Assembly: GCA_963845755.1 (NCBI GenBank)
Contig: CAWJTV010000034.1
Coordinates: 384,001-448,000 of the forward strand
Direction of reading: 5' to 3'
DNA from: an uncultured Planctomycetota bacterium
GTDB taxonomy: Bacteria > Planctomycetota > Planctomycetia > Isosphaerales > Isosphaeraceae
DNA: 64,000 nt
A program made the translations under genes and the position numbers. The notes under the pieces are model-generated. The model saw only the letters and a list, made by a program, of their open reading frames with translations. It was not told where the DNA came from and did no database searches. Positions 62,846 to 64,000 of the stretch are shown in pieces. How positions within the stretch are numbered: position 1 is the first letter of the stretch; every line of letters begins with the position of its first letter.

Positions 62846-63066
62846 TTTTACGCACTCCTGCATGATGTCGCTGCCGGAGAGGCTCGTACCCCTCGCTCGT
62901 GTTACGAGTCTATGCTCAAGGGGCGGTGTATCGTGCCAGATAAACTCAGGAGGATCGTGCGGCCGAGAAATATCAACCAAACTTAGGTCCAGGTCATGAC
63001 GCTCCCGGCTGCGTCCTTCCGTCCCGATTCGGGGGCTCAATCAGAGACGCAGGGAACAGACTCTCA

Positions 63067-63186
63067 CAATCTGTTCCGGAAGGGGCAGGTCTGGGCGAGC
63101 GGGGGGCGTCAGCCCCCTGTCCGGCGATCGACGACCTTCGAAGAGAGGGGGCTGACGCCCCCCGCTCGCCTTTCCGGAACAGACTC
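63067..63186 (-). mobile_element. ~120-bp MITE, copy 2, inserted at a TGA stop codon
   Basis: Minus strand TGA|GAGTCTGTTCC...GGAACAGATTG|TGA, followed by a further terminus GAGTCTGTTCCC (63052-63063). Confidence 0.8.
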
Positions 63187-63794
63187 TCAGCCGTCCAACT
63201 CCCGATCCCACAGAGGGTGCCTGCGATCGGGCAACCACGGCATGGGCGGCGCCAGTGTCGGCGATGGGACCGCTCCGAGAATCCTGGCGAGCTCGGAAGC
63301 ATCCGGGCACGTCCAGTCGTCGGGATGGACTTCACGTCGCGGATCAGAACGGGCCAGCCGCGCCCGGCCATGGCTTCCTGGATCGAAGGGCGAGAAACGT
63401 ACGGATCGCCGAGGCGGATCCTCTTGCAGGGACCATGTGATTCCCAAGAAGTCCGGCGCGTTCCGTGGTCCGAGGGGAGTCCTTCGAAAGCCGGCACGAC
63501 CTCCGAAAAACCTGGATGGGTCGAGACTTGCGGGCGGGCGTCCGGACGGTGCGGGCGGGCCGGAGCATGACCTTCCGAGAACAACTGCAACGGACGAGGA
63601 TCCCTCGCTGCCGGAGTCGCTCCCAAGACCCTCGCAAGCTCCGAGGCGTCCGGGCATTTCCAGTCGTCCGGATGGGTGTCCATGCACGGTCCTCGACGGC
63701 GTGTCCCTGCCCGGGTGGCCATGACCTGAGTTACGACGATGAGTATCTCGACCATGGGCACGAACATTCTTAGAAGGAACTCACTCCAATGCAT
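63187..63794 (-). CDS. Small protein, tandem family copy A (~200 aa, one frameshift, ends HPLWDRELDG)
   Basis: MHWSEFLLRMFVPMVEILIVVT...HPDDWKCPDASELARVLGA in one frame; HPDDWTCPDASELARILGA...RHPLWDRELDG* in another. Confidence 0.65.
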
Positions 63795-64000
63795 GGCACG
63801 CCCTCACGCATGACCTCGCGAGTGAACTTTTCCTTGACTGGTCTCTACCTGATTGATTTATACGGGATGACCATCGATTCGTGCCACAGGCTCGCTTCCA
63901 CTGGCGAGCATTGCACTCCTGGGTCGTTCGAAAGACTCTTCGCGTACGGGCAGGGGCTCTGACCTGATGGGCGTTTCCGCACGGATTCGATCGACCGGTG

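Noticed and set aside
62557..63886. TGGCAC motifs as sigma-54 promoters
   Set aside because: Spacing is GG-N11-GC or lacks GC, and there is no TTGC; sigma-54 needs GG-N10-GC
1..64000. CRISPR array, prophage or integrase at the tRNAs
   Set aside because: No regularly spaced direct repeats, cas, phage or integrase genes, and no duplicated tRNA 3' ends were seen

Overview
High-GC bacterial chromosome segment. The gene families point to a planctomycete, probably Isosphaeraceae-like (inference): a DUF1501 + DUF1549/DUF1553 pair, an LExRxLLS extracellular protein, a membrane-anchored ECF sigma factor, an ASPIC/UnbV-FG-GAP protein and large Ser/Thr kinases. About 1-20.5 kb is core and probably origin-proximal: four tRNAs (Arg-CCT, Arg-TCT, Glu-TTC, Pro-TGG), csrA, pncB, parB with three parS-like palindromes, rpiA, deoC and rnc. 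About 20.5-64 kb is accessory-like, with signalling, secreted and catabolic genes and several families of REP/MITE repeats. More than a dozen small frameshifts, some in housekeeping genes, look like assembly indels rather than pseudogenes. Highlights: (i) a tandem trio of small-protein genes at 62.2-63.9 kb sharing an MxWx(D/E) hydrophobic N-terminus and a position-conserved TGGCAC-N16-(CGT/AGC)AT upstream motif, two of them also carrying PDDWxxPDxxExARxxG repeats and an HPLWDRxLDG C-terminus; (ii) a probably leaderless MerR-HTH gene coupled to a VIT-vWA protein apparently fused to a pseudokinase; (iii) a kinase-less derivative of the planctomycete STK-TPR family; (iv) a ChpT-like pseudo-histidine kinase; (v) a TGA-targeting MITE. 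All calls come from reading the sequence and from family knowledge; no searches were run.
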